DNA from: Octopus bimaculoides
Lineage: Eukaryota
Direction: 5' to 3'
Assembly (NCBI RefSeq): GCF_001194135.2
Contig: NC_068981.1
Span: 142,801,841 to 142,865,840, forward strand
Length of the DNA stretch: 64,000 bases
In this document: piece after piece, positions 12,180 to 26,093 of the stretch
Layout: each line of letters opens with the position of its first letter
Position numbering within the stretch: the first letter of the stretch is position 1
Position numbers and translations under genes: made by a program
Notes under the pieces: generated by a model
The model's input: only the letters and a program-made list of their open reading frames with translations
What the model was told of the DNA's origin: nothing
The model's database searches: none

Positions 12180-13105
12180 TATTATCTTATGGTTGATTTA
12201 TTTTAGACAATAAAATATCTAGATACCACTTTACACATTTAGGATTGTTCAGAGCTGACGATCATAACCAGCGATAAATAATGGTACCAATTAGATCGTC
12301 TTAGAAAATACTTAATTAAGGAATAACTAGTACCAATTCTATTGAAGTAAACGTCTTAAACATCACTATGAAACTAACTTTATGGTACCATAGCCCCAAT
12401 AGAAAATCTGATGAGTTCGTACGTAATAGTAAATATCTAACCAAACACTTAATATCATTTGTGAAAAGCATTTGGAAAAGAATATTTGAGTTTTCATCCA
12501 ATAAAGAAGTTATTGAAGGTATGACTATATTTTACAACGGGGTCTTTTAAGAAGAGGATTTATCGATAAGATAGAAATACATCCCTTACCAAGAATTCAC
12601 TAGTGCTAGGAAACCAGGAAAAGAAGAATCATGTGGTATAACCACCCTTTCATTTTAAACATAAAAAAACAGGTTTTATCAGGTACCTCTTAAGTTTAAT
12701 AATTAAGAACTTCCCTAACGATCATAAATTCCATAAACTATTCATAGATAAAACCAGAAATTTAGGTACTGATGCACTGACAATTTCACCTCTTCCTTAA
12801 CTAGAGGTAATAGGGAAAAGGAAGACATTCCTCGCTTAAACTAAACTCTCTCACCAAAAGTACACACCCTCCAAACAGGTAAATGCCATCAACGAAATAT
12901 CGATTACTGTGTTAAAGTCTTAACCAGCAATAACAATGACAATCAAGAATCTAGAAGGTATCCATATTTGAAAAATAGCCATTATACGTGTGACAAGGTA
13001 ACTGTTTTCTCATTCGTTCCACAATAATCCAAAGAAACTCATCACAAGTTCAGAAAGATATGTCTCCTTGATAAGAAGTCAGTTTGGAAAGTGCCAACGC
13101 ACGCC
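12180..13105 (+). mobile_element. Ancient Penelope-like element remnant (post-RT region)
   Basis: WYHSPNRKSDEFVRNSKY...SIWKRIFEFSSNKEV, RKRRIMWYNHPF and KNFPNDHKFHKLF resemble the PLE motifs RKxxIxWFNPPF and KHFPxxHKLHKIF. It ends with agtttggaaagtgccaacgcac, as in the 29.6-kb motif. Confidence 0.65.
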
Positions 13106-13856
13106 TTGAGGCGCCCTGCAACTTTTGCGGGCTATTAGAAAAAAAAATCCTGTATGCACTCACGTCCTCAGGTATGTTCCAATGTTTGCATCAGCAAACG
13201 TATATCTATACGGCTATTTATTACCTATCTGTCCACTTATCTATCTATCTGGATACACCCCCTCCACACACACACATACATATAGTCTTAGTGTGTATGA
13301 CCTTGCCATTAGTAATTGTAAAACAAATGTTTCCATATGCTATTAAACACATCTGTGCATGATGTTGGAGCACATAAATTTAACACTTTTTAACGTCTCA
13401 TCTCGAGTATATGTATTTATATACGTATGTACGTTTCTTCCATATAGGTATGTATATATGTATGCATGTGTGTGTATGTATGTATGTATGTATGTATCCA
13501 ATTATATAAGCATGCATGTTTGTATGTATGTAGCTGTGCAGGTATATTTACATATATTTGTGTATCCTATGAAATTGGATAATTTTGCAAGAGTTGCAAT
13601 ATAAAATACCTGAGAAGAACCTGGAGATATCAATATGACTTATTCACATTTACTTAGCCGGTTTCATAATCTCGAGTTTGTGAAAATTAATGAAAGATGA
13701 TGCCCCAAAAACGTATGGGATATAGTTTTCGACAAATATACAATAGCTCCAAGTCACTCTATTTTGTGTGAAAACTATGAAATTCTTAAAAGTAATGCAA
13801 AGAAAAAAATAGTCGTGATGTCTTGAAATGCATTTTCAATTTGTTTCATTATACAG

Positions 13857-13896
<40 letters not shown>

Positions 13897-13906
13897 NNNN
13901 NNNNNN

Positions 13907-13943
<37 letters not shown>

Positions 13944-14163
13944 TGTGCGTGTGCATTTTTAGATTAGTGTTTGTACTAGGTTCTCGATTACGTATTTACG
14001 TAATCATGTACGAATTTATCTCTTTGTTTCTTATATCATGACAACGATTCGAATTTTTGGAAACTTGCATTGGGCTCATATATAGGGGTGGGCGAGAGAG
14101 AAAGAGAGAGAAGAGATATATACATAATATGAAGATATAGATAAACACACACACATATATATG

Positions 14164-14221
<58 letters not shown>

Positions 14222-14399
14222 CGTGTATGTGTGTGTGTGTGTGTGTAGGCGTATTTGTATATATGTCTGTGTATGTGTGTGTCTGTTTGTGTGTGCGTGT
14301 GTGTTTGTGCGTGTGTATTCCTTTATTCTTTTAGTCTTTTATTCGTTTCAGCCGAGCGGCTGCGGTCATGCTGGAGCACCACTGTAGTTTACCACCGTT

Positions 14400-15150
14400 A
14401 ATTATGATTATCCTCTGGCCGATTTCCTGTGGATCGTGAGTTTCACATCACCACTCCTGTATGCGCCTTACTCCCAGCAGTTGGCCAGTTTGTGTATGAG
14501 GGAGTTCGATTCGGTTACCCGAGCCTGTACCTCATGCTGGGCCATCGTTTCATCCGGTAATGTTGAGAGGAGGATACCTAGTTCCTATTTGAATGCATCT
14601 AAGTCCACATTATGTAGGTTTCTTAATCTTTGCAGCAGGGCATTGAATATTTGTGGAACTTTGAACCCTAGGCTATTTCAGTACATGGTCCTGAATTCAG
14701 ATGGAGCGGATGGTACGCTTCGTACAATATGACTTCGTCCAATTCTGGATTTTGCATAACATTCAATGACGAAATTTGGTAATAGCCCTTCTAGTGTTTT
14801 CTACATCTAGATAATTACATATCTGTGGCTTCTTCGCTCTACGGTGTTGAGTCGTACTTTGTTTAGTCTCTCCCTGCATCTCATCTTTTGCACTGTTACA
14901 ATATTTTTAGTGTAGCGACGTTGGACCGCTTCAAGCTTCGTTGTTAATTTACTATTATATGGTGAACGTATCTGAGAGCACATTAAAGGCCTTTGCAAAG
15001 CCAAGATATATTACTTTGACATCTGAATGGTCCAGCTGCAGTGTCAAAATCCAGTTACAGTGTTATGGTCGCTGTGCTAAGCAGCTTCTTCCTAGACGGA
15101 AGTCATGCCGTGTATTGTTCAGTGAGTCATTTTTTTTTCTAGGAACATCA
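14400..15150 (-). mobile_element. CR1-type LINE 3' fragment, with a SINE fragment at about 14330-14395
   Basis: KLEAVQRRYTKNI...RERLNKVRLNTVERRSHRY and NSLGFKVPQIFNAL...LSTLPDE, typical of CR1 RT C-termini. Confidence 0.8.
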
Positions 15151-15174
15151 GTTTCTTTGTGATGATTCGTTTCA

Positions 15175-15190
15175 TAACCCTGCTGAGTAC

Positions 15191-15238
<48 letters not shown>

Positions 15239-15315
15239 CTATAAATATATTGTTAGAGAGAGAGAGAGAGAAATAGAGAGAAGAGAGGAGAGTGAGGAGA
15301 GAGACAGAGAGAGAG

Positions 15316-15358
<43 letters not shown>

Positions 15359-15376
15359 GAGAGCGAGGAGAGAGAA

Positions 15377-15407
<31 letters not shown>

Positions 15408-15525
15408 AAGAGAGAGACGGAGAAAGAGAGAGACGGAGAAAGAGAGAGAGAAAGAGGGAGAGAGAGGAGAGAGAAAGAGAGAGAGGGGGAGAGGAGGGGA
15501 GGAGAGAGAAAGAGTAAAGAAGAAT
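15175..15525. repeat. (CTAT)n followed by a degenerate (GA)n microsatellite
   Basis: Directly visible simple repeats. Confidence 0.95.
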
Positions 15526-15919
15526 GAAAATGTGTATCAGAAAAAATAAGAACTGTTAAACTTAATCTAAAAATATTGGAGTTGCAGAATATTGGTGAGA
15601 AATTTATAAAAAATCTAACACTATACACAGAAGGTAAAATAATAACTGCCGACACTATGATATCAGTGCTTAGAAACCTGATTGTCTCCTGAAATTTTGA
15701 TTATATATCTTTACCAATAAACAATATAAAGTAATATATAACAATTGTCTATTATTTCGCAGTGAAGAAAAACGCGGTACATTGTTTTTTACCATTTGAA
15801 ATTGAATTTTTAAAAAAATGCTTAATATCTGTCTTCATTCTCCTTCTTCTTTATTTCACTTTTCCTGGTTCTTTGTGGTTGACGTTTTTGACGTTATAAT
15901 TGTATCTGTAGAAGAACGT

Positions 15920-15955
<36 letters not shown>

Positions 15956-17895
15956 NNNNNNNNNNNNNNNNNNNNNNNNNNNNNNNNNNNNNNNNNNNNN
16001 NNNNNNNNNNNNNNNNNNNNNNNNNNNNNNNNNNNNNNNNNNNNNNNNNNNNNNNNNNNNNNNNNNNNNNNNNNNNNNNNNNNNNNNNNNNNNNNNNNNN
16101 NNNNNNNNNNNNNNNNNNNNNNNNNNNNNNNNNNNNNNNNNNNNNNNNNNNNNNNNNNNNNNNNNNNNNNNNNNNNNNNNNNNNNNNNNNNNNNNNNNNN
16201 NNNNNNNNNNNNNNNNNNNNNNNNNNNNNNNNNNNNNNNNNNNNNNNNNNNNNNNNNNNNNNNNNNNNNNNNNNNNNNNNNNNNNNNNNNNNNNNNNNNN
16301 NNNNNNNNNNNNNNNNNNNNNNNNNNNNNNNNNNNNNNNNNNNNNNNNNNNNNNNNNNNNNNNNNNNNNNNNNNNNNNNNNNNNNNNNNNNNNNNNNNNN
16401 NNNNNNNNNNNNNNNNNNNNNNNNNNNNNNNNNNNNNNNNNNNNNNNNNNNNNNNNNNNNNNNNNNNNNNNNNNNNNNNNNNNNNNNNNNNNNNNNNNNN
16501 NNNNNNNNNNNNNNNNNNNNNNNNNNNNNNNNNNNNNNNNNNNNNNNNNNNNNNNNNNNNNNNNNNNNNNNNNNNNNNNNNNNNNNNNNNNNNNNNNNNN
16601 NNNNNNNNNNNNNNNNNNNNNNNNNNNNNNNNNNNNNNNNNNNNNNNNNNNNNNNNNNNNNNNNNNNNNNNNNNNNNNNNNNNNNNNNNNNNNNNNNNNN
16701 NNNNNNNNNNNNNNNNNNNNNNNNNNNNNNNNNNNNNNNNNNNNNNNNNNNNNNNNNNNNNNNNNNNNNNNNNNNNNNNNNNNNNNNNNNNNNNNNNNNN
16801 NNNNNNNNNNNNNNNNNNNNNNNNNNNNNNNNNNNNNNNNNNNNNNNNNNNNNNNNNNNNNNNNNNNNNNATATATATATATATATATATATAGGGAGGA
16901 GATCATAAAATTGTTTCCCATCAATAAAGAGCCTTATAGACGGTTCGTTAGATTCTGATGGCCGCGATCATATAAACCATTTTCAAGTTGGAGATAAAAA
17001 AAACACTGCGGTCAGTTTTTTAACCAAAATATATATTTTCCAAGCCTTAGCTGGGCCGGGCTTGTTGCCCTTAGATCAGGTCCAGTCGGAAATTTATTTT
17101 ACGGATGTAATCAACGAACGCGGAATACCATGCTTGTAGAAGTGGACATGGACCGAAGATCTCTTTTCTGAAATTTTAAAGGGTTTCCGGGTCAAGCGTG
17201 TCTTTTAGAATCATTGCCTGCTCTGCTAAGCAAAGCTTCCATCATCTGCTTTTATTTATATAGGAGGACCCCCACCTGTTCAAGAAACCTCGATTTAATT
17301 GTGCACGGATGTCACTCATGTTTTAGGCGCCACATTTTATATTAGGCTATAGAAAGGTCACTGATAGTTATTGGCTGCTGCATGTTATCATAAACTTGAG
17401 ATAGTCTTGCTACTGTTTATACACAAGGAATTTCATGGTTTCTTTAGAACTTATATAAATAGAAAAATGGTAAAAGATGGAATGAACGACATTCTTTATT
17501 CAAAACTAATACAATTGTTTCGACACATCTTTACACATTTAATACATTGGTGAGATATTGTGTAACCATTACAATCCATCCTTGGTATAAAATTCGTAAG
17601 TGATTGTTTAAATAAGTCCTTCGTTAGAACTTTTGTTGTGTAAGATTCCATACCCAATGCAATATGCTATTTTTCAACAGTTCACAGACAAAACTAACCG
17701 ATGAATACAATTATAATAAAAATACAGACAAAATACAATTATAGTAAAAATGCAAAATATAAAAATAAAGAAATAGACATTTGTCTGGCACTATATCGAC
17801 GGGTTTACTTTCCTCTCTCCCTATATCTCTGCATTTAACTTTAACGAGTGAAAAATATATGTATACACACACACAAACACACACATACACACACC

Positions 17896-17934
<39 letters not shown>

Positions 17935-18479
17935 ACATACACACACACATATATGTATGTATGTATGTTTTAATAGTCACATAGGATGAATTCCAAAATG
18001 TTAGCCATCATGTGAACTAGTCGTTAAGGAATGTCTATGAAAAGTAGACATCTTTGCAATCACAGCATATTCAAACCATTATGGGCTCCCTTAAAATCGA
18101 TTTTCCAAAAAAGTGATTCTGATGTATGACATGGTCGTCTTGCAGACTGTACGGCGCTTCAATTGTAAACCGAAAACACTTGAGAAACACTTTTGTTTCC
18201 TATTACAAATTAGACATGTTTTCGAAAATTTACCTTCAGCATTTAGGGATAGATGTTCATGTAGCTGCCTGTGAACGGTGCTGATTTTTTTTCAAATTAC
18301 AGATAATAGATAATGTATGTAAATCACAACTGAAGTTACCACCTGGTGCTGGAATTCTTACTTTTTGACATCATTACCTGTACCTACCAGGAAACTGTCT
18401 CAACACTGTCCTTTATACTTTGATAGACAAAAGAACAACTTTATGCATGTGGATCTTTGACTGTCTATTTAATACACGT

Positions 18480-18930
18480 GATTCTGTTTAAAATATTTCC
18501 CCTTTCATGCAAATTTCTTGTGTTATGCGTTTTCCTAGATTTCAAGCATGAGAAAATATCTCGCGGAGGAAGGTTGTCATGGCGACACCTACTGAGAGGT
18601 CTACACAAAGTTGCAGAAAATATATGGAGAGGAGTATGTGAGCCGCTCACGAGGTACAAGTTTTTCAGACGTTTCGAAGATGGCCGAAAAAATGTCAGTA
18701 TTGACGAACATTCTGGAAGAAACGCTACCAAAAGAACTGAGAAAAACATCTCAGATATGCCGGCATCAGTGACGGAAAATCGTCGAATCATCAGCCGCAA
18801 GTTATCAGAGAATGTGCAGATTGGTTATGGTTCAGTTCAGTCCATCATCACTGAAGATTTGAGTATGAGACGTGTATCTACCAACTCTGTACAAACCTGC
18901 TTTCAGCTGACCAAAAAGGCATTCGGGTAT
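18480..18930 (+). mobile_element. Mariner transposase N-terminal (HTH) remnant
   Basis: FFRRFEDGRKNVSIDEHSGR...ENRRIISRKLSENVQIGYGSVQSIITEDLSMRRVS matches mariner HTH and the pre-WVP(R/H) linker. Confidence 0.85.
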
Positions 18931-19689
18931 ATAAATATATTAGAAATAACAATGTTTCTATTCATATATATATATATATATATATANNNNNNNNNNNNNN
19001 NNNNNNNNNNNNNNNNNNNNNNNNNNNNNNNNNNNNNNNNNNNNNNNNNNNNNNNNNNNNNNNNNNNNNNNNNNNNNNNNNNNNNNNNNNNNNNNNNNNN
19101 NNNNNNNNNNNNNNNNNNNNNATATATGAAGATGCAGACAGAGAGGCAAGACTCAAGGCTCAATGTCACAGACACGCATATATATGTGTGTGCGTGTGTG
19201 TGTGTGCGTGTGTGTGTGTGTGTGTGTGTACATATACATATGAGACGTTTTGGTATCAAGAAGACCCAAAATGTAGGTAAAACCATCTAGGTGCTACAGC
19301 CGGACAAATGCTTACACTACAAGATTTCTCTGAATGAACAACACATGGAATTAATATCTGCACACTATCCTATCCATTGGCAATAACAAAATATGAACTC
19401 CTGTCGGAATTTACATTCCATAGACAAGAAGCCTCTTTACCCATTCTTCACAGCACATTTCTTGCATAATCGAACTGCAACTGTAACATCCAACATCTAT
19501 TTCTTATTTTATTCTCATATTTCCCTTTATACTTCCTATATCTCTCCCTTTCCAGAGTAACTTCTTATTTTGAACTCTATTTCCTTTCTCATAATAAATG
19601 TCCTAGAATTTTCACACAAACTTTTCTTTATTGTTGCATTTTATTTAATACACACACATGTTTGTATGCCTGTATACACATACATACAT

Positions 19690-19729
<40 letters not shown>

Positions 19730-20779
19730 TACGGGCACCTGTGTACTAACTAAAAACCTGTATCTAGGAGATTTATTTGTATGTGTTACTAAAAACTAAG
19801 TACATAGTATGTTAACGAAAATAAACTTAACGATCTGTTTGTGTCTGCGCAACTATCATCTTTTCTAACAAAATCAATTATTCCCCTGTCTCAGACACGC
19901 TCGCGTGTACACGTATAATATACTCTGGGATATGTGTGTGCGTGTGCATGTGTACTCACATGCACACATAAGCATATATTACATCACTCACATATAAACA
20001 AACACAAATGCTCACCTAGAATTAAACCTACAGTTTGCATCCATATACACAAGCAAGCGAGATACGTGTGTGTAACAGAGATATAGATACTCACCTCTAC
20101 AGAGAATGCACATGAACTTCTTTGTCAGATTTCTTATACGTACACACATAAAAATACACACTCAGGCACATACACACACACGCACGTCAACAGTGACACA
20201 TGTATGTCCTCGTGTTCACTTTTCATGGAATATAATTTGTAGACAGCCATCACGTCCGTTCGTCAACAAACATCGTTTAAGCCATCGTACGAATGATTAA
20301 CTCTGCCGTGAGCCTCAAAATAATATTATCGACTGGGATTTTATCCCAATTCGGTTTAATTCTGTATTTTGCTTTTTGTCATACGAATATAGTCATCGTA
20401 AACTCAAGTGAAGCACCTACGAGTTTTCACCTACTTCATTCAATCATTAAACTACCTCAATTGTTGCATTTCTGACATATAAGATTACTTTTTCCTACAA
20501 CTATGAGTATACAACTGGAATAAGCGTTTGAATAATGATAGATAATTACCTTTTATCATTTATCACTACAGTTGTGCTCGACTATTCTGATATCTTTCTT
20601 CTGATAGCTTTTAACTTTGTTTATTCTTTTTCACACTTCCTCTTCTAGCTCTCCCCTCAAACACTCGAGAGCCTTCTTCTTTCCAAAGTAGTTTACACTT
20701 CTCGCTCATACAAAATCCGCTATAATGCTGATCAGCCTCAATATATCTTTCCAATTTCGCGTCAGACAAACACGCTATA

Positions 20780-21560
20780 CCATCTACATTTCTATTCTAA
20801 GCCGCTGTTTTCAGCACCAGGTCGGCCACATCTTGCTTTTGGTGTAAATTTGCATGTCACCACACACTTTATAACCCATCTCTATTCCTACCATCTCATT
20901 CTTTATGTCTTCTACTCCTAGATACCATTCGTACTACTATTTCATCTATCCACGCCTTATATTACTAACTGTCTTGGGGCTTCACTATATCGCTCTTTTC
21001 AGCACCCTCGCCATCTGCTGATTTATTTATGTATTGTACACCTCAGCCATACACACACACCAAAACCCCAAATTCTACACTCCACTTCACTCTACCATCA
21101 CCACTTTTGCTTTGGCACATCCTACCTTCACCTGTTCCTACTCAAACCCATTTCATTCCAAGGGCTTCTCATGACGCCTGCTATTATCTACGCTTTCGAC
21201 TATCAGAGGGTTATCTATATTGTGAGATCTCCATATTGTGAACTTGTTCCCTTCTCCTCACAACATCTGCTATCTCCAACCACATTATCTAAACACATAA
21301 CATCCCTGTTATGTATTATTCCATCCATCCAAATTATTTTTTAATTATTACTTCTCTGCTCACCCTATATTCTAGATTTGTAACCGCCTCAAACGTCTGA
21401 TATACAAGTATTCGTACTACTCCGTCCAACCTTAACTGATTGCATCCCACTCTATGTCCATGACAACATACATGCTCTTCTACACTTCACCTAATCGTAT
21501 CGAAGAATCAACATTTTTCTGAGCGTTTCTTTAATGTATCCGACATCACCAAACAAGCCT
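20780..21560 (+). mobile_element. Possible very old Penelope-like RT remnant
   Basis: Pyrimidine-rich tract with scattered motif-like pieces (APGRP; YIALFST; HHFCFGTSYLH). No continuous frame. Confidence 0.3.
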
Positions 21561-21982
21561 CCTCATCGGAAAATCTCGAGTAAAGCCGTTTATTAACGTT
21601 TAAGTTCCTCCCGATAATTGACTGTTGATATGATTGCCTATATCTATACACTAATACATCATTCGGGTTTTGGAAAGTTCTAAGCTTTTTATTTTTAAAT
21701 TTGTATCTAGAATATTAACATCGAGTAGCTTAGTATCTACATTAATATTGTATACATTAAGTCCTATTTCCTAACATACTTTAATCACTTGTTTCCTGAA
21801 TCTATCAACTTATCACTCTTACAATTTCTGCACGAAAGTAAGACGTCATCACGATATAAGAAAACAGTATATTTTAGGAAATTTCTTTCTCAATAAATTC
21901 AGAATATTTAGCCCTATAATTTCGTTCATATATTGAACTTCATACACAGGCACACACACACACATAGGCATACATGTATATA

Positions 21983-22909
21983 TACGATGTCCGATCACAA
22001 AATATTGGTAATTTTGCTATGGTAACGGAGCTAGAGTACGCAGAATGAAGCCGCTTGAAACTGTTTAACGTTCAACACCTGTTGCGCATGCACACTATGC
22101 TATTACGTTCTCAGTCACGTTGTTTATAGCAGTGCTTGTAAGTAAAGTGTGTATAGTGCGGTCGTCTCACCGAACCAAAGCAGTTTCTTCAGTGACCAAG
22201 GCCTTTGCCAAAAATTTGGAGCTACCTGCACAGCGACCTCCTATGCAATGTTGCAAGAAGCGTATGTAGAGAAGTGCGTGAGCCGCCGGACACAAACATA
22301 CGGATAGTTAAATTGTTTCTAAAATAGTTGACACAATATCGAATGAGAGAAACCACATAAAGGCACTATCGATTATATCCTTCGACTACAAGGATATAAT
22401 CGATAGTGTCTTTATATAATCGATAGTGTCACTAAACAAGGAGTACAGACGTGACGTGATGCAGCGTTTGTGGGATGTTTCTCGTCGGAAAGGAACAGAA
22501 GTGTATATGGCAGATGAGTGGCAACTCCACCATGATATCTTACCCGCCATTTCAGCTCAGTTTGTGCAGCAGTCTCTCACCAAGCAAAACATTCCCCAGG
22601 TCCGACAGACACTATATTCTTCAGATCAAGCCGCTTGCGGTATCTTTTCGTCTTTCCAAAGACCAAATTCCACTTGAAAGAATCAAGATCTCAAGGCGTC
22701 AGAGAAATAAACAGAATGCACCGACACAGCGTCCTGCTTTCGCTAAAACAAGGAGTACTAGGAATGCTTTCTCTCAATGGAAACGACGCTGGATAAAGTA
22801 CGTATCTTCAGATTGGGACTACTTTGAAGTAAACTAAATGACGAATTAATATGTGTAATACTTTCTTATTTATATTACCAGTGCTGATAATTTTTGATCA
22901 GTCGTTGTA
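21983..22909 (+). mobile_element. Internally deleted mariner element with both degenerate TIRs
   Basis: Left end tacgatgtccgatcacaaaatattggtaat; right end (revcomp) tacaacgactgatcaaaaattatcagcactggtaat. Internal WQLHHDILPA...QTLYSSDQAACGIF resembles LHHDNAPAH and PPYSPDLAPCDF. Confidence 0.8.
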
Positions 22910-23739
22910 CGTATGAGGCATTTAATCACGGGAGAGTACAGCCACTCAAAGGATCCGTTGCTGCCAAGGGTTCCCGCTTCAGTGAATAAAACAATAGAAG
23001 AAAATGAACCTTATATTATTTTTTATAAAATGATGATTATATATCAGTCTTTTGCGAAAAGTTTGGATTTGTCATTGATCATTATTAGATACATACGAAC
23101 CGTGTGAGTGGCGAATGCAAGGAAACAGCCACTATTAACGTCAGTGAGAAAAATAACCGCCTGCAGTTGACAATGCATATAACTAGAAACACCTCTCCTG
23201 AGAAATACAACAACAAGAGATAGTAGAATTATATAGTTGAGAGGGGGACGGAGGGAAGAAGGATGAGGGAGGGAATTAGGATGAGGGAGGGAAGGAGCAA
23301 GAAAGAGAGAACGAGGAATAGGGAGGAAAGAGGGACAGTAAGTGGGGAGATAGAAAGTGAAAACCTTAAGGATAACAATCTTAGTAGATGAAAGAGAAAT
23401 CAAAATATTTAGGTTCCCATCCTCCGCAAGTATTCAAGAGACAGTCTTTGGCATTACATTATGATTAATTGAAATAAATAAATAAAGAAAGAAAGAAAGA
23501 AACTGGAAGAACAAGTTTCAAATGTACCACATACAATAAAAGAACATCCAACAATAGTTGACAAGCTGTTACTGAATTTTTTCCACATGTTCAGCCAATG
23601 GTATAGCCTATATTACCCTATATGAATACATCTAAGCGTCGCCTTTACGTAAATATGTGAATGTGTGTGTGTTTATGTGTGTGTATTTGTATGACGATAA
23701 TCAACACAGAAGGTAGAGCTCAATACCGATGAAATAGAG

Positions 23740-24260
23740 GATGTATTTCAGATATAATACCACTATGGACATACGTATACAGTACTACAGCTGCACATCT
23801 CGTCGAATTATCCGATATTCAATTGGTAATCGATACAGGACCCAGCCTTTTTTCAGGTTAGCTACCATGAGAGGCAATCCTTCATTTTGTAATTCACACC
23901 GAATGCCGAGGTCTATTGTCAAAGAAAGTATGCTTGTGAGATGAAAATGCACTCACATACACAGTCGACCACAACGGTGAAAACATTGAAAATTGGGTTT
24001 CGAGTTGCTGGTACATCCTGCACACAATCCAGACCTCATCACTACTATCTATCACATTGTTCTCGCTGGACCTCTCCAAAATCTTTTACGAGATCGTCAG
24101 TGCAGGAAGAGGTGAATATATGGCTGGCGACCAGTCCGAAACCGTCTCCGTTCAAATAAGAACTTTACAGAAACCTGGAAGACATGCATCCGAAGCAAAA
24201 GAAACTATATTGAAGAATGAGCTAAATGTTCAACCCTTGCATTTAGTAACTTATAGTAAC
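23740..24260 (+). mobile_element. Mariner transposase C-terminal remnant
   Basis: KLGFELLVHPAHNPDL resembles LGWEVLPHPPYSPDL, followed by VQEEVNIWL in another frame. Confidence 0.7.
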
Positions 24261-24848
24261 TTACAGAACAAAAAGTGCCTATAATATTCCTAAGTACTTT
24301 AACTCAACGCCATCATATATTACAAGCACCTTAATTTATGCATTGAGTTCTATAGCTAAGGTTGTTATAACCAATATTCTCTTCATGTGTTTACCGTATA
24401 AATAGATAAAGACGAAGACATTAACGATCGCTGGATGTTTGTACTCATCAATCAAATTGTCTATCGAAATCTAACCCTCATCACTTTTTTTTCTAAACGT
24501 CTGAAAAAGTCTTTTATTCAGGCGTAAAGATACATAAAAGCACATACACACAGGCACGCACGCACACACACACACGTGCGCAAGCACACGTGCACGTACA
24601 CAAGCACACGTGCACGTACACATACATACACACAGAGACATTTAAGGAGGTATACTTATAAGTACGTGCAGTATATTTTTAAAAAATAGCCTACTGTATG
24701 TTTAAATATTCACATTAATATTCCTTCGCCCTGTATTTAACTACTATTTCTGATATATATATATATATATATCTATGTATATTAATATAACACGTACATA
24801 CATACAAGCATACATAAATACATGCACAAACATACACATACACCCCCC

Positions 24849-24927
<79 letters not shown>

Positions 24928-25169
24928 AGAGACAGGCAGACAGAGACAGATGTGCACTTATATAAATGCAGATATATAAATTAATTGACAGATAGATATA
25001 TATTAATATATATTTCTATACATGGGTGTTTGTATATGTATCTTGTGATCATTCCCCGGAAAGTCAACAAGCTAAAAATAGATGTTATACTCTAAATTAT
25101 CGTAGCGAAATCTTCCCAATAACGACTACTGTTTTATCGCGTATTTTAAGTACGTTAAATTTGCAGCAC

Positions 25170-25530
25170 ATCCTGGCGCCCTTAAATATTCTTTTCTACT
25201 CTGGGCACAAGGTCCTAAGTTTTAGAGAGGAGGTCAGTCGATTAGATCGAACCTTGCACGCAACTGGTACTTTAGTTATCGACCCCAAAAGGATGAAAGG
25301 CAAGGGCAAGCTCTGTGGAATTTGAACACAGAACGTAAAGACAGATGAAATACCGCTAAGGACAGACAAACAGATTAAGTCGATTATATTGACCCCAGTG
25401 CGTAACTGGTACTTATTTAATCGACACAGTAAGGATGAAAGGCAAAGTCGACTTCGGCGGAATTTGAACTCAGAACGTAGCGGCAAACGAAATACCACTA
25501 AGCATTTCTGCCAGCTCGCCGCATTCATGC
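25170..25530 (-). mobile_element. tRNA-derived SINE with a partially duplicated core
   Basis: ggtacttta/atttatcgac...aaggatgaaaggcaa occurs twice; gaatttgaactcagaacgta is shared with the other SINE copies. Confidence 0.85.
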
Positions 25531-26037
25531 GCCTTTAAATATCATTTATTCTTGCCATAGCTTTAGATATTTTCTGAAACATATCGTAGAAAATTTAGGT
25601 CATGTTCGCAAATGATATGAATTGTATTTTGTGATTTGGAATATTGTACTAGATGTTCACAATTTTGAAAGTTATCATCAATTTTTGTGCGTTTGTACGC
25701 TGGTCCTAAACACATTCGCAACACAAGATATTTTTACACAAATTATCATGGATAAGATACCATTGCTTGAATGAAACTTCTGCATGTTTTATGCTATTGG
25801 CCAAATTATGATATATTCTAAGAATCAAGATAATACGTTGTAAGCTACATTTTATAAACCTCTACTGCTTAAAATATTCATGTTTTGGTGACTTCCACTC
25901 CATAATTCAATGCCAAGTACTAGTTCTCCAAATTATTGTCAATGTTTTGTGACAACAAATATCATCTCAATTCTACTCATGGTAAAATTTCCTCCTTTGC
26001 TAATGTTAGGATTCAAATGATTCAGCTATTGTTTCAG

Positions 26038-26093
26038 ATTTGAGGACACGTAATCACAGTCTCTCTTCTCACCGAAGCCAATCTACCACAAAA
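26038..26093 (+). CDS. Candidate internal coding exon of an unidentified host gene
   Basis: attgtttcag|ATTTG...ACAAAA|gtaagt. Only one frame is open: (D)LRTRNHSLSSHRSQSTTK, phase 1 to phase 0. Confidence 0.45.

Noticed and set aside
15541-15594. Possible upstream exon KIRTVKLNLKILELQNI ending in phase 1 (|gtgaga)
   Set aside because: The frame fits the 26038 exon, but the acceptor has no pyrimidine tract and follows a purine microsatellite.
15159-15655. ER/RE-rich and SL-rich ORFs
   Set aside because: Translation of the (GA)n microsatellite.
16900-17350. Moderately GC-rich tract with FYKHGIPRSLI on the minus strand
   Set aside because: A single weak Penelope-like motif with many stops; cannot be classified.
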